Both the position numbers and the translations under genes were made by a program. DNA of 62,779 bases, the filler included, from Sphacelaria rigidula (Eukaryota), in the NCBI GenBank assembly GCA_964200075.2. It is 11 parts of 11 records of this genome, joined end to end, with 100 filler letters (N's around TTAATTAATTAA, not from the genome) between each part and the next. Parts side by side here need not be neighbours in the genome. Positions count along the whole stretch, not along the records: positions 1 to 5,617 come from CAXNAA020025822.1; positions 5,718 to 11,334 come from CAXNAA020025823.1; 9 more parts are not named here. One strand, written 5' to 3'. The notes beneath the pieces are model-generated. The model did not search any database. It saw nothing but the letters and a program-made list of their open reading frames with translations, and was not told the origin of the DNA. Shown here one piece after another: positions 1-11,434 of the stretch (its first letter is position 1; the number at the start of each line of letters is the position of its first letter).

Positions 1-77
1 CCGGCTTTGTAGGGATGCGAGGTCAATGGTCTGATGACGATGACATGCGTGATCATGAGTACACCCCCTCGCCCCCC
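1..77 (+). mobile_element. Poly-C-tailed retroposon family A, 3' end. Other copies at 22725-22767(-), 41918-42025(+), 45546-45620(+), 45732-45825(+), 57775-58060(-), 61325-61630(-)
   Basis: Shared sequence GGCTTTGTAGGGATGCGAGGTCAATGG...GCATGC.TGATCATGAGTAC followed by a C-run. Copies have variable 5' truncation and a common 3' end. Confidence 0.8.
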
Positions 78-1423
78 CAAACCAGCTCAAAACTGTCACG
101 AAGGCAGTGGTCATACAGCGCCTGATGTTCGGTTTCGAACTGCATGATGCGCCTCATATGGGCGACATTGGCGAAAATGAACCCAAGCGTGTGAATTCCC
201 AGCTGCCCTTTGTGCTCCGCTTTTTTTACTCCGGTTTATGTGTAGATTTTGCCTCCTCAAACCAACTTTTTGTTTCTGGGTGCTATCGTAGAAAGTGTCG
301 GTGGCTGTATGTATGTGCACTTGTTTTTGCTCTTTTCAAGCAAGGCTAGACTAGGCTAGGGTACGGGTGCGGCGCTGTGTCCCACGGAGTAATACCCTGA
401 AATGCGAAGTATTTTGACGGTGCATAGCCCAGATATGCCGGGATGTGGGGTATTTTCGTTAGTCCGTACCTTGGGCACACTTGAACGCTGTGTACTGTTT
501 GCAGTCGATACGTCAAGTACTATACTGTGGAACACTTGAGTACTTGGGCCGGTGATACTCCACGTGTCCCGAATTGTGGGGTATTTTTAGCAGTCGATGC
601 AGGTATTCTAAAACACGGACTATTCTCGGCCGTCTTTGCAGCAGATACCATGGAACTTGGAATACAGTAGCCAAACTTTGGAAATGTTATTCATTCAATC
701 GGTATTTTTTCAGAATCGATTTGTCACTTTTACCCGGGAGTTTGAGAGTCGATCGGCGTTGGGTAAAGAAGCAGGTCGTCCTCAGATTACATTTATCAAT
801 TTTGTGTCGTCAGAACGATACCGAGCACAACTCCGTGGTCGAGGGGGTGTTGTTGGCCGCATATGGTTTTTCGGCTGTCGCGCAATGAATATCGAGAAAA
901 TAGAAGAACTGAGAGCACATACTATTCACCATAACGATCTGGATTGATTTCGTGGAGGGAAATATCAAAGAGTGACAACCGGGGGCTGTGCACTCGTGGG
1001 TCCTCGAAGGCCGGTGAGCCCGTTCCCGTTCAAAATTGATGGTGTATTGTAGGTTGTTTTTTTGTGTCGAGAATTGTGTAGGGAACTCATGTCTCTCGAT
1101 TCGCAAAGTTTGAAATCGAACAGGAACCGTGATGAGTCGTGGTAACCGAAAGACCAGAAAATATCGCTTTCAGTGGAGAATGTTATGTTTAAAGTTTGGC
1201 TATTAATACTATATTTCCGACAATCGATATCCCAGGTACTTTGAGTACTCGGTATCTACAAGTAGCGTTTTGTCAGCCGGTACGCCAAGTACTCTACTGT
1301 AGAACGCCCAAGCAGTTTTAGCAATCCATACGCCATGTGGGTAGGTACCCTACCCCAACCACGCTGGCTTGTTTTGCATGTTCTCGCTCGTTTCCGCAAA
1401 AAAATGTCTGCTCACTCGATTAG

Positions 1424-1540
1424 GTTCGGAGCATTCTGGTCACCAGTGGTACTCTGAGTCCCATGAGTTCCTTCGCCAACGAACTCAGGCTTCCGTTCGA
1501 AGTGCAGGTGGAGAATCCCCACGTCATTGGTCCCGAGCAG
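1424..1540 (+). CDS. RTEL1: Internal exon of an XPD/DinG-family SF2 Fe-S helicase, RTEL1-like ([39 protein letters not shown])
   Basis: TAG| acceptor and |GTAC donor, 117 nt, phase 0. Helicase motif III TSGTLSP followed by ENPHVI, which is typical of RTEL1 (FANCJ has EANHII). Confidence 0.85.
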
Positions 1541-1887
1541 GTACACAATAACTTTTCTCGTCACATACTGTACTCAAACACCTGTTGTGCACCAAGTCTC
1601 AGTATGAACAAACCTCACGTTGTTGGACTCGAGAAGGGAACACATACGTTTGGTGTCATGTTCCAAAACCTGTTGCGCACCAAATCTCGTCAAAATGAAT
1701 CAAGGAACATGAAGATGAAACTGTGAGAATCCTCACGTTATTGGTTTTGAGGAGGTACACGGGTTTTTTGTGTGTCATACTCCAATTTCTGTTATGCATG
1801 AAATATTGTCGAAACGAACCAAGAAGGTTGGAACTAGAAATGGGAGGGTCCTCCCGTTGTTGGACCCGAGGAGGTATGAATGTATTT

Positions 1888-3543
1888 CCCAAGTTTGTGT
1901 TCTGTAGGGTACGGGGATGTTCGGTACGATATGAGATTTCTTACAGAACTTGAACCATCAGGCACCCGTATGAAAGTCTTACATAACTCACAAAACCTGT
2001 CGGGTAGGGTATGGAAAGCTTACAGGACTCACAGAACTTGTCGGGTAGGGTATGGAAGCTGCACAGAAAAGTGAACTCGCAACTGGATGTTTTTACAAGG
2101 ATATACACGTGCCCCGGGTAAGGGTAAACACTGTGCACAGAACTCGCGGAACTGTCGGTTAAGGGTGTACAGAAGTCACAGAACTGTCGGGTACCCTGGT
2201 ATGTAATTCCTACAGAAATTACAGAACTATCCGCATCTGGATGAAAGTCTTCCATAAGTCTCAGATCCGTCGGTAACGAGTAATACCCGGGGAAGCACAC
2301 CGGGTATACAAAAAGCCGTACATTATAACCTTGGACACCATCACCATCAGCGTCGATGACCTGCACCTTGCTACTTGATCCCCCTGGTGGAGCAGATGAA
2401 CCGCCGCCACTCGAGTCCGGGAGTGATCCATCCTGATGATTTGCCTTGCTGCTGATGTTTTGTGTTTCCACTTAACCCTTTTGGAACTCACAAGAGAAAA
2501 TGGATCATTCGCAATTGATGGTTTTTGAGCAAGATAACGTTGCTGGTTTACAGCTCAGACGCAACATCACCAAATGCATATTTTTCAGACCCGTGCGAGT
2601 GACAAGTGGAACAAAAGAAGGTTTCCTATATTCACCGATGTGCCGTATCAGACTTGCTGTTTTTTTTTATGGAATGTTTCACAGCGTTTTCGCTAATTAT
2701 TGTCGATGGATACATCTGGACACACTTCATCCGTTGCGTGGTATGATTGGACAAACCTCACCCGACCTCTTCAGGGAGGACATTTTTCCTGCACCCGCCG
2801 CGTGTGCTACTGGATTCTTCTTCGGTCTTCCATTCTAAAATGGTTGCCGTCGGCCTTTTCTGCTCGCATCTTTTACTCTTTTGTCAGGGCTTCTCATAAT
2901 GAGGCGTTTGGCCCGGGGACAGGAGGGGACGGTTCCAAAAGGGTTAACGGTACTCCGTAACCCGTCGGTGTACGGAATTTACACTTTTGATTTTTCATGC
3001 GTGTGTGGTGTTGAGTGAACGAGGGGTGGTTGATTGATGAGAGTCTGGGCCACAAGGTCAGGTTATTAGATTGTGTCGGTATTGAACCTATATCCATACC
3101 TCCCCAGGGTATATTCCTGTGCTCGTACCTGCATCGGGTATATCTACAAGGATGTACCCTAACCCCGGGAAGGGTTATGGGAGCCCTACATTTTACAGAG
3201 CTGTCGGGCAGGGGTGTGATTATCTTACAGAACTCACAGAACTGTGGGGTACCGGTATGAAAGCCTTACAGAAGTTACAAAATTCGTGGAGCAGGGTATG
3301 GAGGTTGTAAAGAACCGGACCCGGAACCGTGTATTTTTACAAGTGAACCCGTACCCCCGGCAAGGGTATGGACAGCTTACAGAACTCACAAAACTATCGG
3401 GTAGGGGTATGAAAGTCATACAAAAGGAGCTGTCGGGTACCCATATGAAAATCATACAGAAGTCACATAACCGACGTGTACGGGTAATACCGGGGAAAAT
3501 ACCCCGGGCATACAAAAAACCATTTCAGACAAAACACAAGCTT
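1888..3543. mobile_element. Non-autonomous DNA element with internal ~38-bp tandem subrepeats (CAGAACTCACAGAACTGTCGGGTAGGGTATG), carrying nested insertions
   Basis: Flanked by the direct repeat TGTATTT (1881-1887 and 3544-3550). Imperfect inverted ends AAGTTTGTGTTCTG / CAAAACACAAGCTT. Subrepeat arrays at 1900-2310 and 3090-3515. Confidence 0.6.
2476..2943. mobile_element. piggyBac-like MITE
   Basis: TTAA|CCCTTTTGGAAC ... GTTCCAAAAGGG|TTAA: perfect 12-bp TIR and TTAA target duplication. Confidence 0.85.
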
Positions 3544-5029
3544 TGTATTTTTTGTCATTCTCCAATATATGTCATGTACTAAATCTCGTCGAAGTCAAGA
3601 AACATGGAACTACAGGTACGAGAGTCCACTCATTATCGCACCCGAGCAGGTACACAGTTTTTTTCTGTCATTTTCCAAAATATATCATACACCAAAATCT
3701 CGTCGAAACCAGGGGACATGGAATCAGAGGTGTGAGAAATCCTGACTCCATTGAACCCGAGCAGGTGCACGGTCGTTTGCTGTCATACTCCGACACCCGT
3801 TGTGCGCCGAATCGTGTGAAATCAATGAACATGAAACTAGAGGTGTGTGTGTGTGTGCATCGATCTGGTGGTGCATGACTCTGCTGTTTGCGCGGAAATG
3901 CCCGAGGTTAACGAAGAAGAACGGCTGGCTTTCGAGGAGGGAAACATATCGTTGAGCCCTGTGATTGCAAAGTAGTCATTTTGGGTGCAGCATATGTGCC
4001 CGTGCGAACACTTGTGACTCGATTGGAATATTTATCGTTCCTTCCTTCAAGATCCCTGAATCTCCGCGGTCGAAGGGTTACAAGACGATCTTTCACGGAA
4101 CATCACGCCACGTCTCCATCTCATTATTATTCTTTTTGTCAAGAATTTGCAACCCCTCGCCGTTCTTGGAACAACTCGATAGTCTAGCCTCAAGTAGATT
4201 AATCAACCCGTCTATCTCTGTGTGCGTGTCTCTCTCTCTCTTGCGGACGGTAGAACACCCGCCTTACATTTTTCTGTTATCGCGGATACGATCATCATTC
4301 CCGCACAGCGTCGGCTCTCATTGTTTTTTCCTTCCCCTTGCCACTCGCATCCTTATGGTTGCTATCAACGACAGAAAGCATAGATCTGCGGTAAACATGG
4401 GGAATATACAAAATCGGTATGTCCTGTGGTTTTAGGAATCAAAAGGGCTGGCGCATTTTTTCGGTTCGGGGCGCAGCGCTGCACACCGGCTGGGCACCTC
4501 GAACACATGTTCCAGCGCCTCATCCCCGCGCCCAACGTCCTTGGGCAGCATGCCTCTCCCTTTTTTTGACACATTGCGACAGGCTTGACTATGGCGCGCA
4601 AAAGGTGACCTTGTTAGAGCACCCTATTTCGTCAACAAACCAGCCTGGTGTGCCCGGCTCTCAGCTAAAGAGTTGTAGTTTACGCCAATTTGTTCATATG
4701 CGTACTACATGTATACCTTCTTTTGTTCAACGGTGAGCTCACTGCGGGCTCCGCAGAGGACATGGCGAACAGTCGCAAACATATCCTATTTTGTCTATCT
4801 ACACGTTGCCGAAAAGCCCAAAAAGCCCAACGATCACGAGGTTTTGACCTGCTGCTGGTTGCTCCCCAGACCCACAAGATCCAACGATGTGTGCAGGACG
4901 CGAACGCTTTATCTGCGGGAGATCACGAAGGTTCGAAGATATGTGAAAAGTCTTTCCATCACAGGCGTGCACGTCGTCATGTGGAAGATCAGAGCGTAGT
5001 TTTACCCATGGTAAATGTTACTTGCTTCG

Positions 5030-5230
5030 AGTGTTGACACCGAGATTCGGATCTGTAGCGGTAGTGGGGCTGATAGTCCCGAGTGCTTCCTAGCGTGCGC
5101 AAAACGCATTTTTTTTGGCTCAACCGGCGCCACGGGCGCGGATTTGAGATCTGTCAACGCACACTCCGCGCTGGGCACTCTTTGCGCACCCATTGCCCGA
5201 GGGTTTTCGTTATGCCTCCGGTTGGGGTTT
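5030..5230 (+). repeat. Dispersed repeat, homologous to 59200-59400 in the opposite orientation
   Basis: Shared blocks TAGTCCCGAGTGCT, GATTTGAG.TCTG.CAA.GCACACT and TATGCCTCCGGTTGGGGTT. Confidence 0.7.
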
Positions 5231-5617
5231 TCGGCAGGTTGAACAGCATGCGTACGTACGGCGTGAACCGGTTTGCAAAACACATGTCCCACGACATATT
5301 CGGGTTTACCCTGCTTATACAACGCGACAGCGTGTGCGATCACAACCCGGTTTTATTCTGCGCGTACGTCTTCGAGCCCATCCATAATGTGCCATATTTT
5401 CGAGATGCTTTGAAATTAGGATATAGCGTGTACCAGCGGCAACCGGTGCATCTCTTTTTTTTGGATGGCGGTTGACCGGGGTGAATATTTTAAGGTTTTA
5501 TGAAGGGCCAGCCGCGCCGCCGCGCTGTTGCACAACATCCTTCGTAAGGTTCACCGGACCCTTTCTACGATAGCCCCCCCCCCCCCCCACCCAAAACCCC
5601 CCAAAAGAGACCGCAAA

Positions 5618-5717
5618 NNNNNNNNNNNNNNNNNNNNNNNNNNNNNNNNNNNNNNNNNNNNTTAATTAATTAANNNNNNNNNNNNNNNNNNNNNNNNNNN
5701 NNNNNNNNNNNNNNNNN
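5618..5717. other. Artificial scaffold-joining spacer N44-TTAATTAATTAA-N44. Same spacer at 11335-11434, 17052-17151, 22768-22867, 28484-28583, 34200-34299, 39916-40015, 45632-45731, 51348-51447 and 57064-57163
   Basis: Identical 100-nt spacer with stops in all six frames, occurring ten times. The intervening pieces are all 5616-5617 bp long. Confidence 0.98.
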
Positions 5718-5939
5718 ATTACGGTTGATGTCGGGCTTTTTTTTATGTTCCACCATTGCGTTCAAACCTCCGCCCGTGCAAGACCCGTGGCGCTGATACG
5801 TTCGGCACTGCTGCCACGCGCGTCAGCCGTGGCTTACCACTAGTATATAAATTAATGAACTAATTGGCTGGGATTGAATAGATGAGTTGGATCGTTGATT
5901 GAATTTTAATTTTTGGACAAGTGGAATACAAATACGATA

Positions 5940-6190
5940 TGGCGTGGGTACACAAAAATCGACCTAAGGGTCGACAAGGGAAAGGGACTGCTGAACCCCT
6001 CTCGCGATAAAGAATAAAGACAAGCACCGCAGAAGGAACGTGGAGAATTGCAATAAACAAGAAAGACAAAAAACTCCTGTGTGGGCCTTCCTCCTGTGTG
6101 ATCCCGGGTGGTGCGCCCTTCATATACCGAGAGGTGTAGACCGGCGTCAAGAATATAGGGGAAGACAAGACAAGACAACACACACACATA
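5940..6190 (+). mobile_element. 5'-truncated copy of the tRNA-derived SINE (see 46441-46800)
   Basis: Shares GGTCGAC.AGGGAAAGG.AC.GCTGAACCCCTCTCGCGATAAA...GTGTAGAC.GGCGTC.AGAATA and a (CA)n tail. Confidence 0.85.
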
Positions 6191-6300
6191 CCCTATAGAA
6201 TACAACCTTGGCATTGCTTGGTTCTGGCAGTATTGATGGGTCGATTGATTCATTTATTGATTTTTCATACCCTGGACAGGAGAATAAACAACCAAAAAGT

Positions 6301-6368
6301 GTACTGCGTGCAGTATCGACTATTGCGCCTATTGGAACAGACACTATATTGCATACTGTACGCAGTAC
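6301..6368. mobile_element. Tiny TIR element (~70-80 bp); second copy at 60774-60855
   Basis: GTACTGCGT.CAG ... CTGTACGCAGTAC inverted ends and similar internal sequence in both copies. Confidence 0.65.
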
Positions 6369-8599
6369 GTTTTTCGGAAATATAATATTTTGTCGAGTGT
6401 GTGTGATTTTCTCGCATGAACTGATCCCCGAGGCGCCGAGGCACACCCAGTCGGAGTAATTATCCACAGAATAGATGTACTTACGATGATGAGAAAAAGC
6501 GGAAACGGTCTTGCTCAAAGAAAAATGTCTCGAGCTATGTATCCCTACCGACTGGGCGGCAGAGAGAGAATCGTGCCTACAGTATGTGACAGCACAAAAA
6601 CGATATTATGACACCAGCCAGTGGAAGAACTGGTGGATCACTGCTGTTGAGGGACTCCCCAGGCTTACTGGCCTCAGTTTCAGTTATCAGCCTTTACAAC
6701 AATCTCACTCTTCAGGAGTGACCTTCCAAGGCACCCACCTAGACACGCCAGGGGATCAACCTAATGCCCCCGGTCATTATCCAGATCATTGCTACCAACG
6801 ATCATTATCCAGATCATCACAACCAACTCAACGTAACGGCGTTATTTCGTCACAAGTAATACCAACCTCAACACTCGCAGTATTTGTTGATGTTGTGTCT
6901 GTGTTTGATTATGTTTCTATCCGTTGGTACTATACATACAGGAGATGCAGTACTGCTGGAACCGTGAGTAGCATGCTCTGTTGCAGGCTGTGGTGTTTTT
7001 CTGTCAGGAAATCTGCAAATATATAGTAAAACACCGAATTTCGGATTTCGCTGTTGAGGGCCTTCCTGACGGAAAGGGTCTGTTATTTTCTTGGAAAATT
7101 CTGACTCCTTCGGGAGGCGGACGGGGGTGGGGGGAGGGGGACTCATCTCCAAAAAGTGAGAGCCGATGTCTTGACTAGGTCAGGCAATGGATGAATTGAA
7201 TTTGAGCATTTGGCTGCCTGCGGGTGGTGGTCCATTTGTGAATCGGCATCGCTTTCGCTTGCAAAAATAATGGAAATGGTGACGATTCACAGGTGGAGAG
7301 ACCATCGCTCGCAGTCAACGGGCTCAGACTGAGTACAGATTTTCCCGAAAAATCAATCGTTTTTTTCTTTCTTTCTTTTTTCAGCATCTTATTGTTTCCC
7401 AGAAGCCGGGGGGGGGAGAGGGGGAACAATTTTTCGGATGAAGTCGAAATAATCTTTTGAAGTTGCCTCGTTCGTAAGACCGCCCACTGGGTTTTCGGCG
7501 TTTTGCACACGTAACGTCGCGCCGAGCAGCAGTCTCAATTCCTGGAGATTATTTTGGCGATAACGTGCAGCGCAGGGTTTCCCATCATGGTGACTGTAAC
7601 AGAGTGAGCAGGCATGGAGCTTTCCCATGAGGAGTAAAATCAAAACAGCCGCATAGGCTCTTCTAGAACGTGTCGTGAAAGGTTACACTTACGCCGGTAC
7701 ATTTAATGTCTCGTGCCCTCCTCTGCCGGGTAGACAGTAGTAAGTATAGTATTGATGATTATCGACTATTTTTACCCGCGCTTTTTTTGCATTCGGAGAT
7801 GTTCGTCGCGCAAGCTCCTGCACGTTTTGCTAGCAAAAATCCTGTACCGTCCGCAATCCTCTGAGTGATTTTGACACGGGGGCTTGAGGGCTTGTGGCCT
7901 CGTAAACCGTCCTACGATGATGAGATGAAAAATAGCCCTCCGTCGTGACGGCGTCGCGTAAGATGCCATCTAGTGCATGAAGTGCAGGTGAAACATGCTG
8001 CTGCTCGTTTCCAACGACCGGGGTGCTCTTGAGAGTGGTCCTAACTTTTTAATCCCTCTGAACGCCTTTTGCTAAATATTGGGGAGGAAGGGGGCAGGGG
8101 GGAGATCGTTCATTTTCGCCTCCTTCTCTCCTTCTCTTCCCCTTCTACGAATGAGATCACTTCCTAAGCCACGTATGGGTGTGTAGTGCTTCTCAGTATT
8201 TCTAAATTATACAAGAGCATTCGTTGTGACCGTACAGGTTTTTGACGGCTGGCTTGTGCACGATGAAATTCTGTAGTGTTGCAAGCTGGCCTATGACACG
8301 AGCGTCACTCTGTCGTCCGGCAATTCGAGCTCAGTTTTTTTTTTTTTTTTCTCGTACAGTGCGATGTTCTTTTTTTCGAGCGTTTGTTCTCGGCGTACCT
8401 CGACTGAGTAGCGGAGATGCTTCACTGTTTTCTCCGAGAGCTCCTGCTCCCTGCCGAGTCGTGATACCCCTGTCGGCGCTTTCAAGAACACATTTTATTA
8501 GTGCCGCGCACGTACTCCACGTATTACAACATATATTTCGCCCCAACTTCTTCGTCTCTCCATTCCTTTGCTGTTTCGTTTGTTGTTACCCCCCTCTCC

Positions 8600-8663
8600 C
8601 CCGAAAGGGATGCGTAGTCAATGGTCAAACGATTAAGCAAGCAACAAATGAGCACCCCCCCCC
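8600..8663 (+). mobile_element. Poly-C-tailed retroposon family B, 3' end. Other copies at 34300-34369(+), 40295-40400(+), 43800-43945(+), 45472-45541(+), 50275-50365(-), 51250-51330(-), 56990-57063(-), 57164-57222(-)
   Basis: Consensus CTCCGTCTCGAAAGGGATGCGTGGTCAATGGTCAAACGACTAAGGCAAGCAACAAATGAGTACG followed by a C-run, nine copies. Confidence 0.85.
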
Positions 8664-8691
8664 GTGCGCGCACCCTTCAACACCTCAACAG

Positions 8692-8880
8692 ATTGCTGGA
8701 AGGTATATATCGGGACTTGTTGCCTTGATTAACGAGCACATTGAAAGCCTGGATCCCTCCGACATGAGGGTTGAGCTGGAGGCGTATTTGGCGAACACCC
8801 TTGACCACATCCGCCACAAGAAGAGCCAGCAAGATTTGCCGGAGAGTCTACGGGAGAAATTCGCCGCTGTCGCGATATAG
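8692..8880 (+). CDS. VPS35: Terminal exon of retromer subunit VPS35 (IAGRYISGLVALINEHIESL...EAYLANTLDHIRHKK...AVAI*)
   Basis: CAG| acceptor, phase 0, TAG stop. The peptide matches the remembered VPS35 C-terminal helices (cf. LNQLIQKIREDL...HFHNTLEHLR). Not confirmed by search. Confidence 0.72.
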   Translation: MAGRYISGLVALINEHIESLDPSDMRVELEAYLANTLDHIRHKKSQQDLPESLREKFAAVAI

Positions 8881-9348
8881 CTGTGTACTGTACAGTTCAG
8901 TGCCGTCTGTGTTGTAGTATAGTACACCGTAGATGTAGGCGATGCGGAGGACCCTCCAGCCCCTTCACCGCGGGGCACCCCATTTGCGTCCCTGAATGTA
9001 TGCCGATGCGCCACTTGTCATGTGTTTGAGTCTTTTGTACTGTACGGCTGTTCCTGCGCTCAAGATAATATCCCGAACTGAATAAATGCTCTTTGTCGAT
9101 TGGTTTGCGCCCCCTGACGATTGATGTATGCATGTCTAACCTCGATTTGATCTTGAACTGTGATGATTTGCCGCGCTGTGTGCGACCAAGCCAATATGTC
9201 GCCATGTCGCCGAAAACTATGTGCCCTTCTGAATTCGTTTTCGATAACAATAACTGGAATCTCGTCTGCCCGGGATGGTGCACATGCACATGGGAGTCTT
9301 TGCCTCCTTTTGTTCTGGAGACAAACGGGGGTTGACGAGCTCGAGGCC

Positions 9349-9386
<38 letters not shown>

Positions 9387-9452
9387 CTGGGCCGTGCTCC
9401 GCCGGGGGGTCACGGGGGGGGGGTTGGCTTTTCTTCNNNNNNNNNGGGGCGG

Positions 9453-9498
<46 letters not shown>

Positions 9499-10229
9499 CG
9501 GAGGGTGGAGGGGTGTTGCTTGCCATGTCTCTCGCTGTGGTGACCGGGAGGGTGCTTGCTCTTGTCCTCCGGTTGTGTTGTTTTCACATCCTGGACAACA
9601 ATATACGGTCAAAAGATGCAATAGACAAGAAGTGTGCTGGGGTAACGTGTAGACCCGTTGCAACTATTCTCCGCCGTCAAAGGTTGCAATAGGTCTATGC
9701 TGTACCCAGTACATATTTTGTCTCTTGCATCTGTTGACCATATTTTGTCCTCGGTGTGGTTGTTTTCGTTTTTGTCGTGAACCTCTTCGCTGCGAGGTGT
9801 AAATCATATGTGTCGACGTATGTATGCCAAACGTGCTGACTTTGACTTTCGGTGATGTGGTATGATCTTCGTGGTTGACGGGACTTGCATCGACTCGCAT
9901 CGACTTGCATCGACAGATGCAAGAGGGAAGAAACTGTCCGAAAGGTCGAAGAACAACTCGTTGGGGTCGCGAATATGTTTGAAGACAGGGAAGCCGATAA
10001 AATGGTCTTGATCGATTTGACGGCACTTTTTTCCCCCTCGTCCTCTCCCGCGTCATAGACGGCAAGGTAACGGAGTATCTGTTGTTCTATCCACAGTTGG
10101 TTTTGAAATCGAAGAGAGATTGACGGACGAACGTTCGATGCGTTTGTTCGCATTCTCAATCTAAAGTTCTTCGTGCTTGTGCAACGAACCTTGCCGTGCC
10201 ACGGTGAAACCACAAACTACTAGATTATC

Positions 10230-10975
10230 CATGAAAGTGGCGTTTTCAGGCCTTCTTCGACGTGAACATGAAAATTCAAGCACCAGCTAATCGAGTTTGG
10301 CTACGAAACTTTACGGGGACCTTCCTTGGGTTATGCGGCGACAGGTCGTTTGCGAGAAGGGAAAAAGCTCGAAGTACCGGTTTCCCGGGGTCCCAGAATG
10401 GAGACTACCCCGAAAAAACGACTTGGATCCCGAGCAATGCTACGGTACGGGGGCACTTTTTGCGCAAAATCTTGTCTGGTTCGGGGCTCCCAACGATTCT
10501 AGATACACAAGAATATGGGTCAGGACATCCCCGTTTTCAATTTCATTCTTGATATCCCTTGCACATTGGAATAGTAATCCTGGCGTACTCTCACTTCTTT
10601 CATAATAACTTGTTTTGGATGAGATAAGGGCTCCTAACAAGCCTTACCTCAAAAAGTATTTGTGCACCCCTACCGTAGCACTACTCTCCTCCCGTCGGAC
10701 ACCCCCGATGCAGCAAAAAAAGCAAAGAAGTAAAGAAACTTCGTCGATTGAAACTTGCGTAATGATCCACAGCGCATTCATGAAAAGCTCAGGATCTAAT
10801 TCCTATTAACTCCGTGAAGGTTTGCGCGTTTGTGCGGGGACGTGGGCTTGAAACGTCCAAATTCCTAACTACTTGGCTTTAGTCTACAAAAGTCTTGGGT
10901 GATTTTCACGTCAAGGCAAGAAAAACTGTATGGGGTTTTCGACGTTCTCGACCAAAGTTTGTACATTTGCTCCGA
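10230..10975 (+). mobile_element. Dispersed non-autonomous repeat family. Related copies at 14250-15140 (with internal inverted duplication) and 62570-62720
   Basis: Shared CGTGAACATGAAAATTCAAGCA..., GGGTCCCAGAATGGAGACTAC, GGACGTGGGCTTGAAACGT and CGTCAAGGCAAGAAAAACTGTATG blocks. Confidence 0.75.
10432..10686. mobile_element. ~255-bp TIR MITE with GAGCAATGCTACGGTAGGGGTGCAC ends (Sola-like). Copies at 10974-11233, 11256-11334 (partial) and 23738-23994
   Basis: ~25-bp TIRs. The copy at 10974-11233 is flanked by a 4-bp CTCC/CTCC duplication. The first copy is nested in the 10230 repeat. Confidence 0.8.
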
Positions 10976-11434
10976 GTAATGCTACGGTAGGGGTGCACAA
11001 ATATTTTGTGACGTTAGAATTTATTAGGAGCCCTTCATCTCATGCAAACACGACCTGTGTAAATATGTGAAAATACGCCAGGATTACTACTACTCCAAGG
11101 TGCTGGGGATATCCCGAATGAATTTACAAAAGGGGATGCCCTGACCCATATTTTTGTGCATCTAGAATCGTTAGGAGCCCCTGAACTAGACATAATTTCG
11201 CGAAAAAAGTGCACCCCTACCGTAGCATTGCTCCTCCTTGGAGTATTCTGGCGCGGAGTGATGCTACGGTAGGGGTAAAGAAATAATTTCTGAGATTAAA
11301 ATTGTTAGGAGCCCCTTATCTCATCCAAAACACGNNNNNNNNNNNNNNNNNNNNNNNNNNNNNNNNNNNNNNNNNNNNTTAATTAATTAANNNNNNNNNN
11401 NNNNNNNNNNNNNNNNNNNNNNNNNNNNNNNNNN

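Larger units (their letters stand above)
1505..3845 (+). repeat. Degenerate ~115-bp minisatellite (about 6 units) derived from the RTEL1 exon 3' end plus intron start, interrupted at 1888-3543
   Basis: Recurrent GAG.ATCC.CACGT.ATTGG.CCCGAGCAGGTACAC...CACCAAATCTCGTC...AACATG units near 1510, 1605, 1725, 1843, 3620 and 3735. Confidence 0.75.

Noticed and set aside
1900..2310. Regularly spaced ~38-bp repeats resembling a CRISPR array (also 3090-3515, 24570-24895, 29700-30030)
   Set aside because: Units are degenerate tandem repeats without unique spacers, there are no cas genes, and the context is eukaryotic TE interiors.
5662..5673. Periodic TTAATTAATTAA motif every ~5.7 kb
   Set aside because: Assembly linker, not biology.
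9345..9500. Poly-Gly/poly-Pro ORFs and a G-quadruplex-like tract
   Set aside because: Homopolymer G runs around an N gap; length and sequence are unreliable in short-read assembly.
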